A stretch of 64,000 nucleotides of DNA, from assembly GCA_001179505.1 (NCBI GenBank), contig CDMY01000225.1, positions 1 through 64,000 on the forward strand, given 5' to 3'. The stretch is from Vitrella brassicaformis CCMP3155. Lineage: Eukaryota; Protista; Chromerida. Below, one piece after another: positions 24,601-37,019 of this stretch. A program made the translations under genes and the position numbers. The stretch's first letter is position 1, and each line of letters begins with the position of its first letter. The notes beneath the pieces are model-generated. The model did no database searches. It had not been told where the DNA came from and worked only from the letters and a program-made list of their open reading frames with translations.

Positions 24601-27600
24601 GCTGACAGCCTCGCCGCCCTTGATGTTGCGGATCATGCTCTGCACCTTCTCTTGGTCCACCCCCTTCCGCTCCCTGTCAGTCCCCTGAGATGCATAGGAC
24701 ACATTGTTCATTCACACATGTCCGACGGCGCGACTCTGCTCCTGGTCGCACCGACCCTTTTTTGCTTCCTCTCCGACGCCCGCACGGTCTCTGTCGCCCT
24801 GGCGAACATCCTCGAGGAGGGCGTGCTGGCGAGTATCGACGCTCGGTGCCGTGGCTGCTTCGACAGGCTCAGACGGGGCCTGCTCTTCCTTCTCGCCGGC
24901 AACGCAACGGCCTTGCTCTCGTCTCCCATCCTCGATGCGGCCCGGGACCTCATCCTGGTGCAGACAGACAGGCAGACAGACAGACAGTGACAACGATGGG
25001 TGCTGGCAGGTGGCTGTTGTTTGTCTTTTTGCTCGGTCGGTTACTGTTCGGTTGCCGGCTGCTGCATGGATTTGATGAGCTGGCCGCGCTGGTCCTTGAG
25101 TCTGTCGATGCGGTTGGCGAACTCGGGCTTGCCGAGATCCCGCTCGGGCGTGTTCTCCAAATGATCGTACAGCTGGAAGAAAAAATGGTCACGCAGCGAC
25201 GACCGCGTCTGATTGGTCCATTGATGAACACCCAACAGACAGGGGCACGTGGGCAGCAAATGACGTGCGTAGAGTAGGTTTTCTGTAGCATTTGTTACAT
25301 ACGCGAATGGAGTCGATGACGCCTGTGAAGAGAGAGCAGTCATCAGAGAGGTCGGCATCTTTCCGGGGGTGCAACTGTACACTGCTGCGGTCGTCACTCG
25401 CTCTCAAAAAGGGGGCGGTCCTCATCTCAATCTGCACACAGACGCATCAAAAGACGGCTTCGTGTCTCGGTGCCATCATCAGCAGTGCCTGGCTGACCTC
25501 GATCAGCTCCCTCTCAGCTCGATACAGCGAGAAGCATGTCTGGCAGACGGGCAGCTGGGCACTGAGGCGGTCCGACGACATGTACGGGTCGCAGTGGGTG
25601 AGTATCTCGAGGTCGAGGCCCCGCTTGCGCATGTGATGAAGCATCTCGAGCATCATCCGGCCGTTCATGCGCTTGCGGAGGAGGCGCTTGTCCTGCACGA
25701 TGCCGCACGACTCGCACTTGCTCTGCACCTTCTTGTCGTCCAAACTGCATAACCCACCACACAATGCTTTGTCTGTCTGTGTGATGGTCTGCCTGCACAC
25801 CTTCGCAGGACTTTTGGCTGTCGTTCCCGTTCAGCCTGCTCTTGATCCTCATCAAGGATGTCCTCTTCGCCACTGCACATGTAAGAGCTTGAGTTGCCGT
25901 TCGTTCCATCTATGTTGCTGCATTGCCTGCCTTTTCGCATCACTCACATGGCAGCCACAACGCCTGAGGGAACCCAATGCGGGTGGACGCGAAAGGCCTT
26001 GACCTGGAGGAACACCCAACCTCTCTCGCCATTGATCGCATCGACTACCAGCTCCTCAAGACGCATCCTGGCGGGGCAAGACAGAACAGAAAAAACGGTG
26101 AGACACAACACTCGTCCGCTTACTTGAAGAACCTCTGGGTGAAGTAGAAGATCCGCCTTGCGATTTCTGCGGGCTGGCCGATGGTCGACCCGGCCACTGG
26201 ATAGACGCGGAACGTCTCGGTCAGTCCACTCTTCGGCTATCAATGGGGACCTCACGCAGCAAGAAACAGGACACAGCCGCAAGCAATGACACAGTCAGTG
26301 AGGGATGACCTCTCATCCACTCTGTGTGAGTGAGGACCGCGGCTCACCAGAGGGGCGTTGTCGACTGACACGGTGCACTGGGCTGTCAGGTCGCCGCCAT
26401 ACTCTTTGGTTTGCTCTGGTGAGAGGAGGTTGACCAGTGTGAAGCCGTAGGGAGCCTTTGTCGCCCTTTCAGAACGAGAAAGGCACAAGACAGTGGATGC
26501 GAATGTCAGTTGATCTCTCACCTCCATGCCACTCTCGTGAGCTGGAAGCGCCGACTGCCCTTTGGGGGCACAAACGCCTGATGGAGGGAAGGAACTCGAT
26601 GGTAGTAAACAAGTCTGAGGCGACAAAGGTACCTGGTAAACACACTCACTTCCCGGTTCGGTCGATGCGAGGGTGTTAAGGTCTAACACACGCACACTGA
26701 CGCGGAGCAGCAATAAAAAGGGAGGCGTGAAACGTGGACACGTTTGTGTCTCCGACTGACCTATTGCTCTGTGGCGCGTTGAATTTCGGTTGTTTCATGA
26801 CGACGACCGGCCTGGTGAGGAACTCCTTCATGGCCATTTTAGCGTCGATGTTCCTCTCCGCTGCACGCTGTCGCGCCTCTACCATGAATCGAGCCTCTGA
26901 CCAGACGCATTGCGGCAAATTGACACATTTCGGTTGTTTCCCTTCTTTTTTCAACTCACCGACTTCCTCCTCCATGACTTTGACGGCGTTGAAGTCCAGC
27001 TCGACAGAGCAGCTCAGCCGGTGAGGCAGCGGGGCAGAGGACATGTCGGCCTGTGGTGTGCGGTCCTTGGCTGCGGCGACATCTGGCGTGTTGCGGATCA
27101 TGAATTTCTCAGAGGCCGTGCAGTAGACGGTGTCCTGACAAGGAATGGGAACGAGTGTCATCGGCGTTTGTCGAGTCGAGTCCACTGTCCCTTGTCAGTC
27201 AGTCAGTCAGTCACCGGTACGGGCACATTGAGCCGCTTGAACGTTTGTTCGATCTCTTCCGCGTCCCTCAGCCCTCGGGGGCCGTACAAAAGGCCCTTCC
27301 ACCAACCAAACGCTGCAGCCGGGAAACAAGCGCATGAGCACCGGTGGCCTAGACACCTGTCCTGTCCTCTCGTCATCTACCTGGCCTTGTGGGGAGGTCA
27401 TCGTAGTAGGACGGTTTGTCTGGCTGAAAGGTGAACCTGCACGAACATTTTGCAGAGGAAGACAGACATCTGGAACATTGAAATGCGTACTTGTTGATGA
27501 ATGTCAGCCTCCTGGAGGCTTGGCCCTTCTCAATCACACCCGCCCTGCAGCAGAGCCACACGAATCAACACTTCAAGCCAGGAGACGGCGTACCAGATCA

Positions 27601-27832
27601 TTGTACCCACCGATCACTTGTTGTCTGCGGCGAGATCAGCGCAGCGGCTCTCTTCTTGATATCTGCGATGATGGCACGCTGTGCACTCGGGAGGGCTTTG
27701 GCAGCCGACTCCAACTCGCGGAGATCAGCAGCCCTACACAAACGAAAGTCGCAGGACAAAGAATGAGCAGAAAACCATATGAACGATCAATACGCCATCA
27801 GTGTGTACCACTTACGTCAGGAATGTCGCCAT
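21688..27832 (-). CDS. Large hypothetical protein with several CxxC motifs and a long disordered C-terminus (more than 25 exons)
   Basis: ATG at 27832: MATFLT|AADLRELESAAKAL..; exons with KCESCG, LPVCQTCFSLY and RVCNKCY; terminal ORFs 22768-23112 and 21688-22749. Confidence 0.7.
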
Positions 27833-27935
27833 CCTTTGCGTCGACCGACGTCCCCAATTTTCGAGCGTCCTCAAAAAAAGTCGAGATGCGAGCTAAGCAG
27901 CCGATCGCCTCAGAATTTCAGTCGTTTTTCGCGCT
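27833..27935. promoter_or_regulatory. Putative compact bidirectional promoter containing TGCGAGCT (27887-27894)
   Basis: 103 bp between divergent ATGs; the motif also occurs in other upstream regions. Confidence 0.5.
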
Positions 27936-29454
27936 ATGGAGGACTGTGAGCATCGTAAGTGCCCTCTTGATGAGGATGGTGCCGGCGCCGATGCGCGAGA
28001 GGAGGTGATGGACCGCAATGATGAGGAGATGGAGGACGCACAGGTCAAACAGGTAGGTCCCAGGGGCTGCATCATGACCCTAGAGAGGCCTTCATGACGG
28101 CCGAAGGAAAGCCGCAAGGCGGCATCATCCCTCTGCTGCCCAAACGTGACGCGCGCTGCGTTTTGATTTTTCTCAGGCTGCTGGGAAGTGTGTGAGTATC
28201 AAGGACGTCGTTAAGGTCCTGTTGCCGAAGGGCTGCCCACTCATGATAACGGGTGAGGCCGCTGCACAGCTCTTTGTGCCCACGCGCCCCATCCCGTCTC
28301 TTTGCCGTGCCTACGGCTCGATGGATCCTTCTCTTCTTTTGTGTTGCGTCGGTCTGTCGGTCTGTCGGTCTGTCAGTGTGTCGGCGTGATGCGGAGGGTC
28401 GCATTTCCAAGTTGAAGGTGCACTGGAGGATGGAGTTGTATCGCTTCAGGTTCCGCGTCAAAAACGGCGATGTCAAGGTGGGTCGCTGGATGGGCAACAC
28501 ACATCACACCCCACCTGAGAATGAGAAGGCATCGCTGCACAGCGTCCTTTGCCCTGCTCTCCTCTCGATTTGTGTGTGTGTGGTCAGGATGCGGTGTTGA
28601 AGGCGATTGAGCAGGCCAACAAACGTGCCTGCCTGCTGGCCAAGCCCCGGATGAAGAAGGAGGAGTATCTGACCCGACTCGACCAGTATGAGTGGACGCC
28701 ATATGGACCCATCCCCAAGGACGGCAATACCCATGCCCCCGCGGCCGCTGCGGCTGCTGCGGCTGGCCCACCGATCAACCGGGAGGAAGAGGTGAGCTAC
28801 CCAGTGAGATGGGGGGAAAAGAAACACGTGCAGGTTTATGCTGATCTGTGTGCATCATGACAGGACGAGAATCAGGCGATGCTGCCCCCACCGCTGCCCC
28901 CGCTGCTGCCCCCTCTGCTGCCCCCTCTGCTGCCCCCTCTGCTGCCGCCGCTGTTCGACGAGTCACCCATGGAACTGCCCGCCAACCCCCTCCCCCCACC
29001 CCTGCCCAACCNNNNNNNNNNNNNNNNNNNNNNNNNNNNNNNNNNNNNNNNNNNNNNNNNNNNNNNNNNNNNNNNNNNNNNNNNNNNNNNNNNNNNNNNN
29101 NNNNNNNNNNNNNNNNNNNNNNNNNNNNNNNNNNNNNNNNNNNNNNNNNNNNNNNNNNNNNNNNNNNNNNNNNNNNNNNNNNNNNNNNNNNNNNNNNNNN
29201 NNNNNNNNNNNNNNNNNNNNNNNNNNNNNNNNNNNNNNNNNNNNNNNNNNNNNNNNNNNNNNNNNNNNNNNNNNNNNNNNNNNNNNNNNNNNNNNNNNNN
29301 NNNNNNNNNNNGCCCAACCTGTCACCCCCACCCCCACCCCCACCCCCCGCACCGCAAAAGGCCACCTTCTACGAGCTCCTCAGCGACCTCCTGCCCATAC
29401 CCAAGGAGGGCGGACGGGCGTTTCCCGTGGGGTAAGTCAGAGGCACGACACACA

Positions 29455-29487
<33 letters not shown>

Positions 29488-32297
29488 TGGCACCTCCACC
29501 GTCTGTGGTGTTGTGTTGTGTTGGTGCAGCGTCAATCGTGTGTACGGTCGCAATGGCGCCACGCGAGCGTTCCGTGTGGGTTTCTCACGTGAGAACGCCC
29601 CCCCGTCGACCAACGTCCAAGTCGAGGGCAACGACACCACTGCGGCGGCCATGGAGGCCATCAAGCTGCGCAACCAGCATGCCAAGAAGCTCGGCCTTCC
29701 CCTCTTCGACGAGGCCGAGTGTGCCGCTGTGTTTGAGGAGATCGACTGGAGCATCCGCGACCCCAAGAACAGGGGCGGCTTCAAAGGCGCGTTGCCGGGG
29801 GCTGGGGGAGGCAAGAAGGGCAAGAGGGCCGGTGCTTCAGCGGCACGGGGGTCACCGGCTGTGTCGCCAGCACCGTCGCCCCGCGACCGTGTCAAGGTCA
29901 AGCGCGAGGCTAAAAACGAGCACCAGGAGCACCAGCCGAAGCAGAAGCAGAAGCAGACCGCCAAGGAGAAGCAGCCAGAGGTGCCGTCGTCTGCGCACGG
30001 CGCCGGTCGCCATGCCGGCAACGCTGCGGCTGCTGCGGCTGCTGCGGCTGGTGGTGGTGCGGATGGTGGGCCTGAGCGTGAGGAGATCGAGGCCGCCGTG
30101 AGCTGCACCCAGCAGAAGGCGCTGTGGGCGAGTTTGAGTGAGCGTTTGGTGGAGGAGCTGAGGGGCCACGGGACGCCGTCGACCAACGCGTCCGAGCTGG
30201 CCATATTCCCCATGATCAACCGGGGTGACAGGTCAGTGAGTGAGAGAGCTGAGGGAGGGAGGATGGGTTGGCATTCCCTCATGTGTGTTGTTTGTGTGGG
30301 TGGGTTGATGCAGTGAGGGCCCGTATGAGGGCTTCAGCTTCAAAGTTGGTGAGGTGGTCAAGGACTTCCGTGTGGACGACCGCTGGTATAGGGGTGCACT
30401 CCGGTGAGCAACACGGACACACAGACAGACAGACAGACAGACACACGGAGACGCCTTCGCCCACATGTGTCTGTGTCTGTCTGTCCGTGTGTCAGCCGTT
30501 GTTTGTCGTATCGCAATGAGGTTGCGGAGCAGCATGGCCTGCGCAAGCTGGACTGGGACCGGACCAAGGACCTCCTCGCCGACGAGGACTGGAACAAGTG
30601 GCCGGACAAACGAGACTGGCAGCCATTCGTCAGGGTACGTAGAGACGCCAGCACAGCACAGCACAGCATAATGTCACATCCCTCCCTCCCTCGTGTCCTG
30701 TTGCGTGTATGGCTTCGTGCAGGAGTCCCCCGTCCGCTCCCTCCTCTCGCCGTTCGACCTCCCCATCGGCCCCCGCCCTGCTCGCGGCCGCCCTGACTGC
30801 CAGCCACCGCCCCCACCCCCTCCCCCACCCAAACAAGAACCCATCTCCCGCCCAAACCAAAAACACAAGAAACAATCCAAACCAGCAGCGGCAGCCGCAG
30901 CGGCGGCATCGGCCTCCAGCGGCGCCGAGCCGACGAGAGCCGCGGTGCTGGCGTGTCTGCAAGAGCTCAAGGATACGGTCAAGAAGAGCAGCCAGTTCGG
31001 CATCCAGAAGGACAACGAGCGCTCTAAGCTGCGGGTCATCATGCGTGGAGACGACAACCGAGTCCGCGACAGCAAGAGCTTCGAGATCTCCGGCAAGGGA
31101 CTGCGGGAGGCACTGGCGTACCGCGCTCAGCTGGCCAAGCGCCTCAAGGTGCCGCAGCTGCGTGACGTGGACGAAATATGTCGCAAGCACTTGGAGGGCA
31201 GTGCCGACGGGGGCCGTGGTGGTGGTGTCGAGGAGGGGCCGGGAGAGGGAGAGGGAGGTGTAGAGGGGGAGGAGCGTGATGGTGTGAGCGAGAGGGGTGA
31301 GAGGGGCGAGAAGGTTGGCAAGAGTGGGACGGGTGTGAGGGGCCGGCAGCGGCCCTTGGACGCGCGGAAGCTGCGCGATGCGGTGCGGTCGTTCATCGGC
31401 AAGACGAAGCCGGAGCACCGCCCCAACATCACGTGTGCCGAAGTCATGTAAGTGGCCACACAGACAGACAGACAGAGATGCGGATGTGCACGAGGGTCTA
31501 TCTATGTTATCTGTCTTGACGTGTGTATGTGTGTGGTGTGCAGGGATGCGTTGTCGGCCAAGTACCAGGTGGATCTGTCGGGCGAGGAGGAGACCATCCA
31601 GCGTCACATCACTCGCATACTCGCCAACAACCAGGCCAACGGGTGAGGCCACGCACAAGACACTCAACAACACACCGGACACACCTGCAGGCACACACAA
31701 CACACAAATGTACATGTCCCTCCTCTGTCAGTGGCGGCCCATCGCTCACCGACCGCGTTGCCCCCTCCAAGGTCAAGATGAATCGCAAGCGCAAGGCGGA
31801 CAATCCATACGCCAACGAGCCGCTGCACAAGGCGCCCCATGTGACGCCGACCAGTGACGTCAACATGATGGCCAACGAGGGGGAGGGCGCGGGCGTGGGT
31901 GCGGGCTTCCTGCCTGCCTTGGGTTTGGCCGGCGTTGGCGGTGGTGGCCACAATGGCCCAGGAGGTATTGCTGCCCAGGAGGATGCCGATATGGAGGACG
32001 GGTGAGAAAGGACGGCTGTGGGCATGGTTGCCTGACGGAAAATGCACATGTGTGTGTGCGTTGGTCTTGGTTCAGTGAGGGTCGTGAGGAGGGCGGCGCC
32101 GGCGATAACAGGGATACTGACATGGAGGATGCCAATGCATCGGGTGAGTGGGGGGTGAGTGGGTGGGCACATGCCATGTGACCAGAGTCGCTGTTGGCAG
32201 TGGGTGCATCTCGTTGTGTGTGTGTGTGTGTGTGTGTGTGTCAGGTGTTAAGATGGGTGAGGTGGGCCAGGCCACCAGTACGCAGCAACGCATCTGA
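27936..32297 (+). CDS. Putative ApiAP2-like DNA-binding protein: four divergent AP2-like repeats, polyproline tract and DEK-C-like domain
   Basis: Repeats: ..KLKVHW..RFRVKNGDVKDAVLKAIEQAN; GVNRV..AFRVGF..AAAMEAIKLRN; FSFKVGEVVKDFRVDD..YRN; FGIQKDNERSKLRV..KSFEISGKGLREALAYR. DEK-C-like: LRDAVRSFI..ITCAEVMDALSAKYQVDLSGEEETIQRHI. 3' end could be 32005 or about 32297. Confidence 0.65.
28870..29012 (+). repeat. 12-bp coding tandem repeat (LPPL)n running into a polyproline tract
   Basis: ctgccccctctg units translate as MLPPPLPPLLPPLLPPLLPPLLPPLF. Confidence 0.85.
29012..29311. other. Assembly gap (300 N) inside a proline-rich exon
   Basis: Run of n bases. Confidence 1.
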
Positions 32298-32843
32298 CCT
32301 GGCCCAGCCCGACCTGATATCATCTCGACCGATACTCACTCTATCCAGTAGATATATACGTACATACAAACATTCATACCTGTGTCGATACGTACAGGGC
32401 GGGGGGAATGCATGAATGGCCAGGTGTCTTTTCTAGTCGTACGATGGCTGCATGCATTCATTCCTTGGTGCGTGCGCGTGCGTGTGTGTGCGGATGGATG
32501 TGCGTGTTTGTGTGCGATTGGACGGCTAGTGACGACTGTAATTCATGTGAACGTCTCATATCCATGTATGCCGAAAGGTCCCCACCTATGCACACGCGGC
32601 AGGCAGGCAGTCAGGCAGGCAGGCAGGCAGTAACATTAACATGCGTTGGACCACACACGAATGAATGCACACGAATTGCCTGCACCCACCACCGCACCCT
32701 TCCACCTCTGTACACTAGCTGCACACTGATCTTCACTCCGCCACACACAAGCCGAGTCGACCGACCACAGAACCGTGCATCCATCTTCCCATCCATCCAC
32801 CGCTGTACATTACCCCTGCCCTCCCTCCATCGCTGTTTATCCA

Positions 32844-33375
32844 TCACTTGGCCTCAGTCTTGGACCCATTCTCTACGCCTGACGGAAGAAGCCAACACAC
32901 AGACACACGATAACACACACATCCGCGCGGATCTGCGTGTGTATATGTGGAGCAACATACACATACCGCTGTTTGTCTTGTTGTTGCTGGAGCTATCGCC
33001 GTCCTTGCCCTCGTCAGACGCCACTGCAACACACACACAGACACCATCCATCCATCCATCCATCCAGTTTGATGGATGCCCTCCTCCCTCGCTGTGTGTG
33101 GAGTGCCCACCCGCATCCTCCGATTCGTTGGCTTTGGCCCTCTTGGCGCGGGGCATGTTGCCTTGCTTCTCCTGCATTACCTCCTTGATGCTCTCGTCCA
33201 GCTTCTCGATGGTGATATCCAGCATCGTCGTGTCCAGGCCGCGCTGCTGGTGGAGCCGCAGCGCTCGCTCGGCTTTCTCACGCTCCATCTGCAGGCGGGT
33301 CAGCCAGCCTGAAAGGCTCATGCCAGCAGGACGACCGAACAAGAGGCTAGGCGGATCCATCGCGAATCGACTCAA
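32844..33375 (-). CDS. Small hypothetical coiled-coil protein
   Basis: MSRFAMDPPSLL..LTRLQMEREKAERALRLHQQRG..IEKLDESIKEVMQEK, followed by short exons. Confidence 0.45.
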
Positions 33376-33689
33376 TGAACGTGTTGGTTAAGGAGAACGT
33401 GTTAAGGAAATGGTGAATGCGGCCCGCAGATGGAAAACAGAACGAACGATTCAATCCATTGCAAGCTTGCGAGCTTAAATGGCTTCCTTGCCGCTTTCGG
33501 TCGCATTTGGCTTCCTTGGCGCCGTCAGGTAGCGGTGCGTTTCGGCAGTGACGCACTTTGCAGGAATCGTCACACAGCCTCCCTCTCTGACCTGATGATA
33601 GTGAGAGAGGGAGGCCAACAGTGGGCATACCAACACACACCTCAATGCCTTTCTTCTCCTGTCTGTGCATCTCAATGCAGGCGTGATTG

Positions 33690-35005
33690 ATGGCCGGTGT
33701 TGATGCCCTCGACTGCGAGGTCTGTTATGCTCAGTTTGATGCCGTGGGCGACAAGACGCCCATGGTGCTGGGCAGATGTGGTGCGCGCAGAGGAATCGGT
33801 GGATGGATGGATGGATGAATAGATGGAACGCACTTCCTCTCTGATTGATGCATGTGGTGCGGTGCAGGGCACACGTTCTGTTGTCAGTGTGTGAGGACCA
33901 TTCAGCAGCGCCAGCCAGATCGAAGCGCACGGTGCCCCACGTGCCAGTAGGTGCGCAGCGGTGCCATGCATCGTTGTGGTCACATGTATCGCGATACATG
34001 TCGTGGTGCTCGTCGCGTTATGTCATGCAGGGTGATCACCACGGCCGCTAACGTCACCAAGAACTATTCCCTCACCAAGCTGCTGGACTCTCTGCAGAAG
34101 GAGCAAGCTGCCAAACGGATCGACGAGTAAGAGCGAGATGGACCGACTTGGCGGCGTGGCCATTCATTGCTTCTGCTCTGCTTGTGTGCAGCCTGCGGGG
34201 CCGGGTGGGTGACCTGAGGGTCGGCAAGGCAACACTGCTGCCGTCGCTGTTCACGCCACTGGTGCGCACACACGACACGCTGTCACACCTACACATGGGT
34301 CGGTCTCTGGTGTGCAGGTGCGTGTGCCTGCGGGTAGTTCGCTCAGCGTGTGGGAATACTACGACCTGCTGGGCGTCATAGGCGGCAACACGCAGGTCAC
34401 GCGATTGCTGTACAGGTATGCACACACACACACAACACAACAGTGCATTCCAAGCCCAAGCAGCACTCTCTCTTTCTCTGTGGATTAGAGCGTCTGTTCA
34501 CGGCACCACGTACGACGACTTGCTGCGGTGTCTGGGCGACAAGACCGGCCTGGCGTTCATCATCCGCAAGCCACCCTACAAGTTCGGCGCCTTCATCAGT
34601 GGCGGCATCCAGCTGCCAGACGGACCGACCGACCGCCACAACTACGACTGTGACGTTTGGTATTTCTCCCTGGCCGGGCACTTCGACAAGCCGATGAAGA
34701 TAGACATCCCACGAGGCTCCCAGTTCGTTCAGGTGGCGGGGAGGGAGGCGAGTACGCCTGGGGGTGCACGTGTGTGGGTCGGTGGGCAGTTGCATTTGGG
34801 CCTCGGTGATAGCATTGGCTGTGGCCCGCCGGCGGCCGACATCCGCTGCGGGCAACTCTTCATGGTCGGTTGGCTGCCTGCGGGCTACACGGGGGAGAGG
34901 AAGGCCTGGGCCCCCGGCCGGGGAGCCCCACAGGCAGCTCTGCTAGGTGGGAGATATTTCTTCCATGCCGATGAGGTAGAGGTGCTGCAGGTGGGTGGGG
35001 CGTGA
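33690..35005 (+). CDS. RING-HC finger plus TLDc-domain protein
   Basis: MAGVDALDCEVC..RCG|HTFCCQC..RCPTC|Q..KNYSL; TLDc-like RASVHGTTYDDLLRC..FGAFIS..LLGG..FHADEVEVLQV*. Confidence 0.8.
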
Positions 35006-35389
35006 GTGGGTGAGTGGGTGACAAAGGGGATGTGTCTATATATCTGAGGTGCCTGTCATCTATGTGAGTGTTCTGTTTTCTCTATCTATGTCTCCCATGG
35101 ACACCATGTACATACCTCATGGACACACGCCACTGACTTTTGGTGCAAGTGGTGGTCTGACGATTTGACCATGGACTCGCCGTCAGTTCCCACACTGACA
35201 AACCAGTCAAACACGAATGCACGGCCACTCCACGCACACAAGTACATGCGCCCCATCCATCCATCCATCCATCCAACAGCATCCATCCACTGCAGAAACA
35301 AACACGGTCGCGACACACGTGCACAAAAGGCAGGAGGGAGGGAAGGGGGGATAACCTCACGAAACACATGCAAGGGGGTCCTGAGAGAA

Positions 35390-36876
35390 GTTACAGAGAC
35401 CAGGACCTATGCGTGGATGGATGTTCAATTCGCACTCACCTGTCGGTATTGCGTGGCGCGGCTGTCTCTGTCCGTCCTGCCTGTGTATGTGTTAGGTGAT
35501 GTTGGTCTTGATGGCCTGCTTGAACTTCTGGAAATCCCGCCCTGTCGGTGTGGGGTATAGCGACGCACATCAACGATAATGCCATCCACCTTTTCTTTCT
35601 CATCCATGTCTGCTCACCGAGTACGTCGAGAAACTGGTTCAAGATGTCGTCCACCAACTTAGCATCGTCACGCGCCTCTCGCAACACCTACACACAGGGG
35701 TAAAGAAATGCACACAGGCTCCCTGCCCCCACCCCTCCCGCAATTGCACCATGGAACTCACCGGCAGGCAGAAGCCCCTGTCGATGAGCGTTTGTGCCGA
35801 GTACGCGCCCAGCCCGTTGGCCGTGAGGATGTGCTGCAGCTCACCCACAGGGCCCCCGCGGCCGCCTTGCGATGCACTCGAGGTGGCCCCGGACACACCC
35901 ACACCGCCCCCACGGCCACCAGCCCCACCACCACCAGGGGCAGGTGCGGCGGGCTTGTCCTGGTAGTAGTTGAGACGCTTCTCACGAGCCTGCAGACGGA
36001 GAGACGGACTGACAGATGATGTCGATTGGACAAGGGTGTATGTGTTCAGGTATTTTCCCACGTCCTGGTGGTCCTGCTTTGCCTTTGCCAGCCGTTTCTT
36101 CTTCAACTCATCCCTGCCGTGTACACAGACACACACACAGACACACACACACACATCCATCCATCCAGAGAGAAAGATGACCACGGAATGGCTGCGCGTG
36201 CTACTGCTGACCACTTCCTGTTGTCCTCAGCCCGTTTCTTCTTGAGTTCCGCCTTCTCCCTCTCGCGCTCGGCCTCCTCACGCTGGAGCCTCTCACGACA
36301 AGCGTCCTGCATCGCTGCACCCAACAAGGCACACACGAGAGAATGAATCGTGTGTACGCCGGCATCGCGTGTCACAGTGGCTGTCGTCTAACTGTATTCG
36401 CGGCCCTTGGCCACCGATGCCAGCAACGCTGCACAGATCCAAACAGCCGTGGATGAATAAACAGATGGGAGAGGCGGAGGGTGCGTGTGGGTGCACTACG
36501 TTGGTCCTGCTGCTTTGCCACAGCCGCAGCAGCGGCAGTGCCCGTCGCCTTTCCGCCACCCAACCTGACAACAAAACAAAAGGAGAAACGTCGGCCGCTC
36601 TCCAGGGGCTTCTTATCCTCTGGTCTTTCCCTCCCCTTTGCCTACACCGGCCGTTTTGAGCTGTGGTATTGGTTCTTGTTGGCCCGCTTCAAGCCAGCAT
36701 GCCTATCCACATCGGGTGCCTGCACACAGACGGAGATCTCCCATGGCTGCCGTCCTCTTCAGGCCCTTCATGCCCACCTTCATGTAGAATCCTCCCTGGT
36801 TGACCATCGGCCCGTTCGGCTCGGCCTCCAGGGGCGGCTCGTCAGGAAACTCCTCCCTGTCGTAATCGTCACCCAT
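35390..36876 (-). CDS. Hypothetical protein with coiled coil and possible SAM-like helical C-terminal domain
   Basis: ATG at 36876 (MGDDYDREEF); exons RERLQREEAEREREKAELKKKR, ELQHILTANGLGAYSAQTLIDRGF, LVDDILNQFLD. 3' end approximate. Confidence 0.55.
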
Positions 36877-37019
36877 CGCTACCCACAAAATGCCCTTCCA
36901 AACGATTTACAATGAGTTCGATCCAATACTAGGGTTTGTGGGGTTTGAGGAAACGAACGCGAAGCCGAGTGAAGCCGAGCTGAGCGTCGCACATCTGGTT
37001 CACCGATATAGCTTCACTG
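36877..37019. promoter_or_regulatory. Putative bidirectional promoter (hypothetical gene / IFT70)
   Basis: 143 bp between divergent ATGs; contains tandem GAAGCCGAG and CCGAGCT. Confidence 0.4.

Noticed and set aside
28775-29592. Long ORFs of 129-492 aa spanning the N run
   Set aside because: Their length is inflated by X codons from the 300-N gap; only the spliced model is supported.
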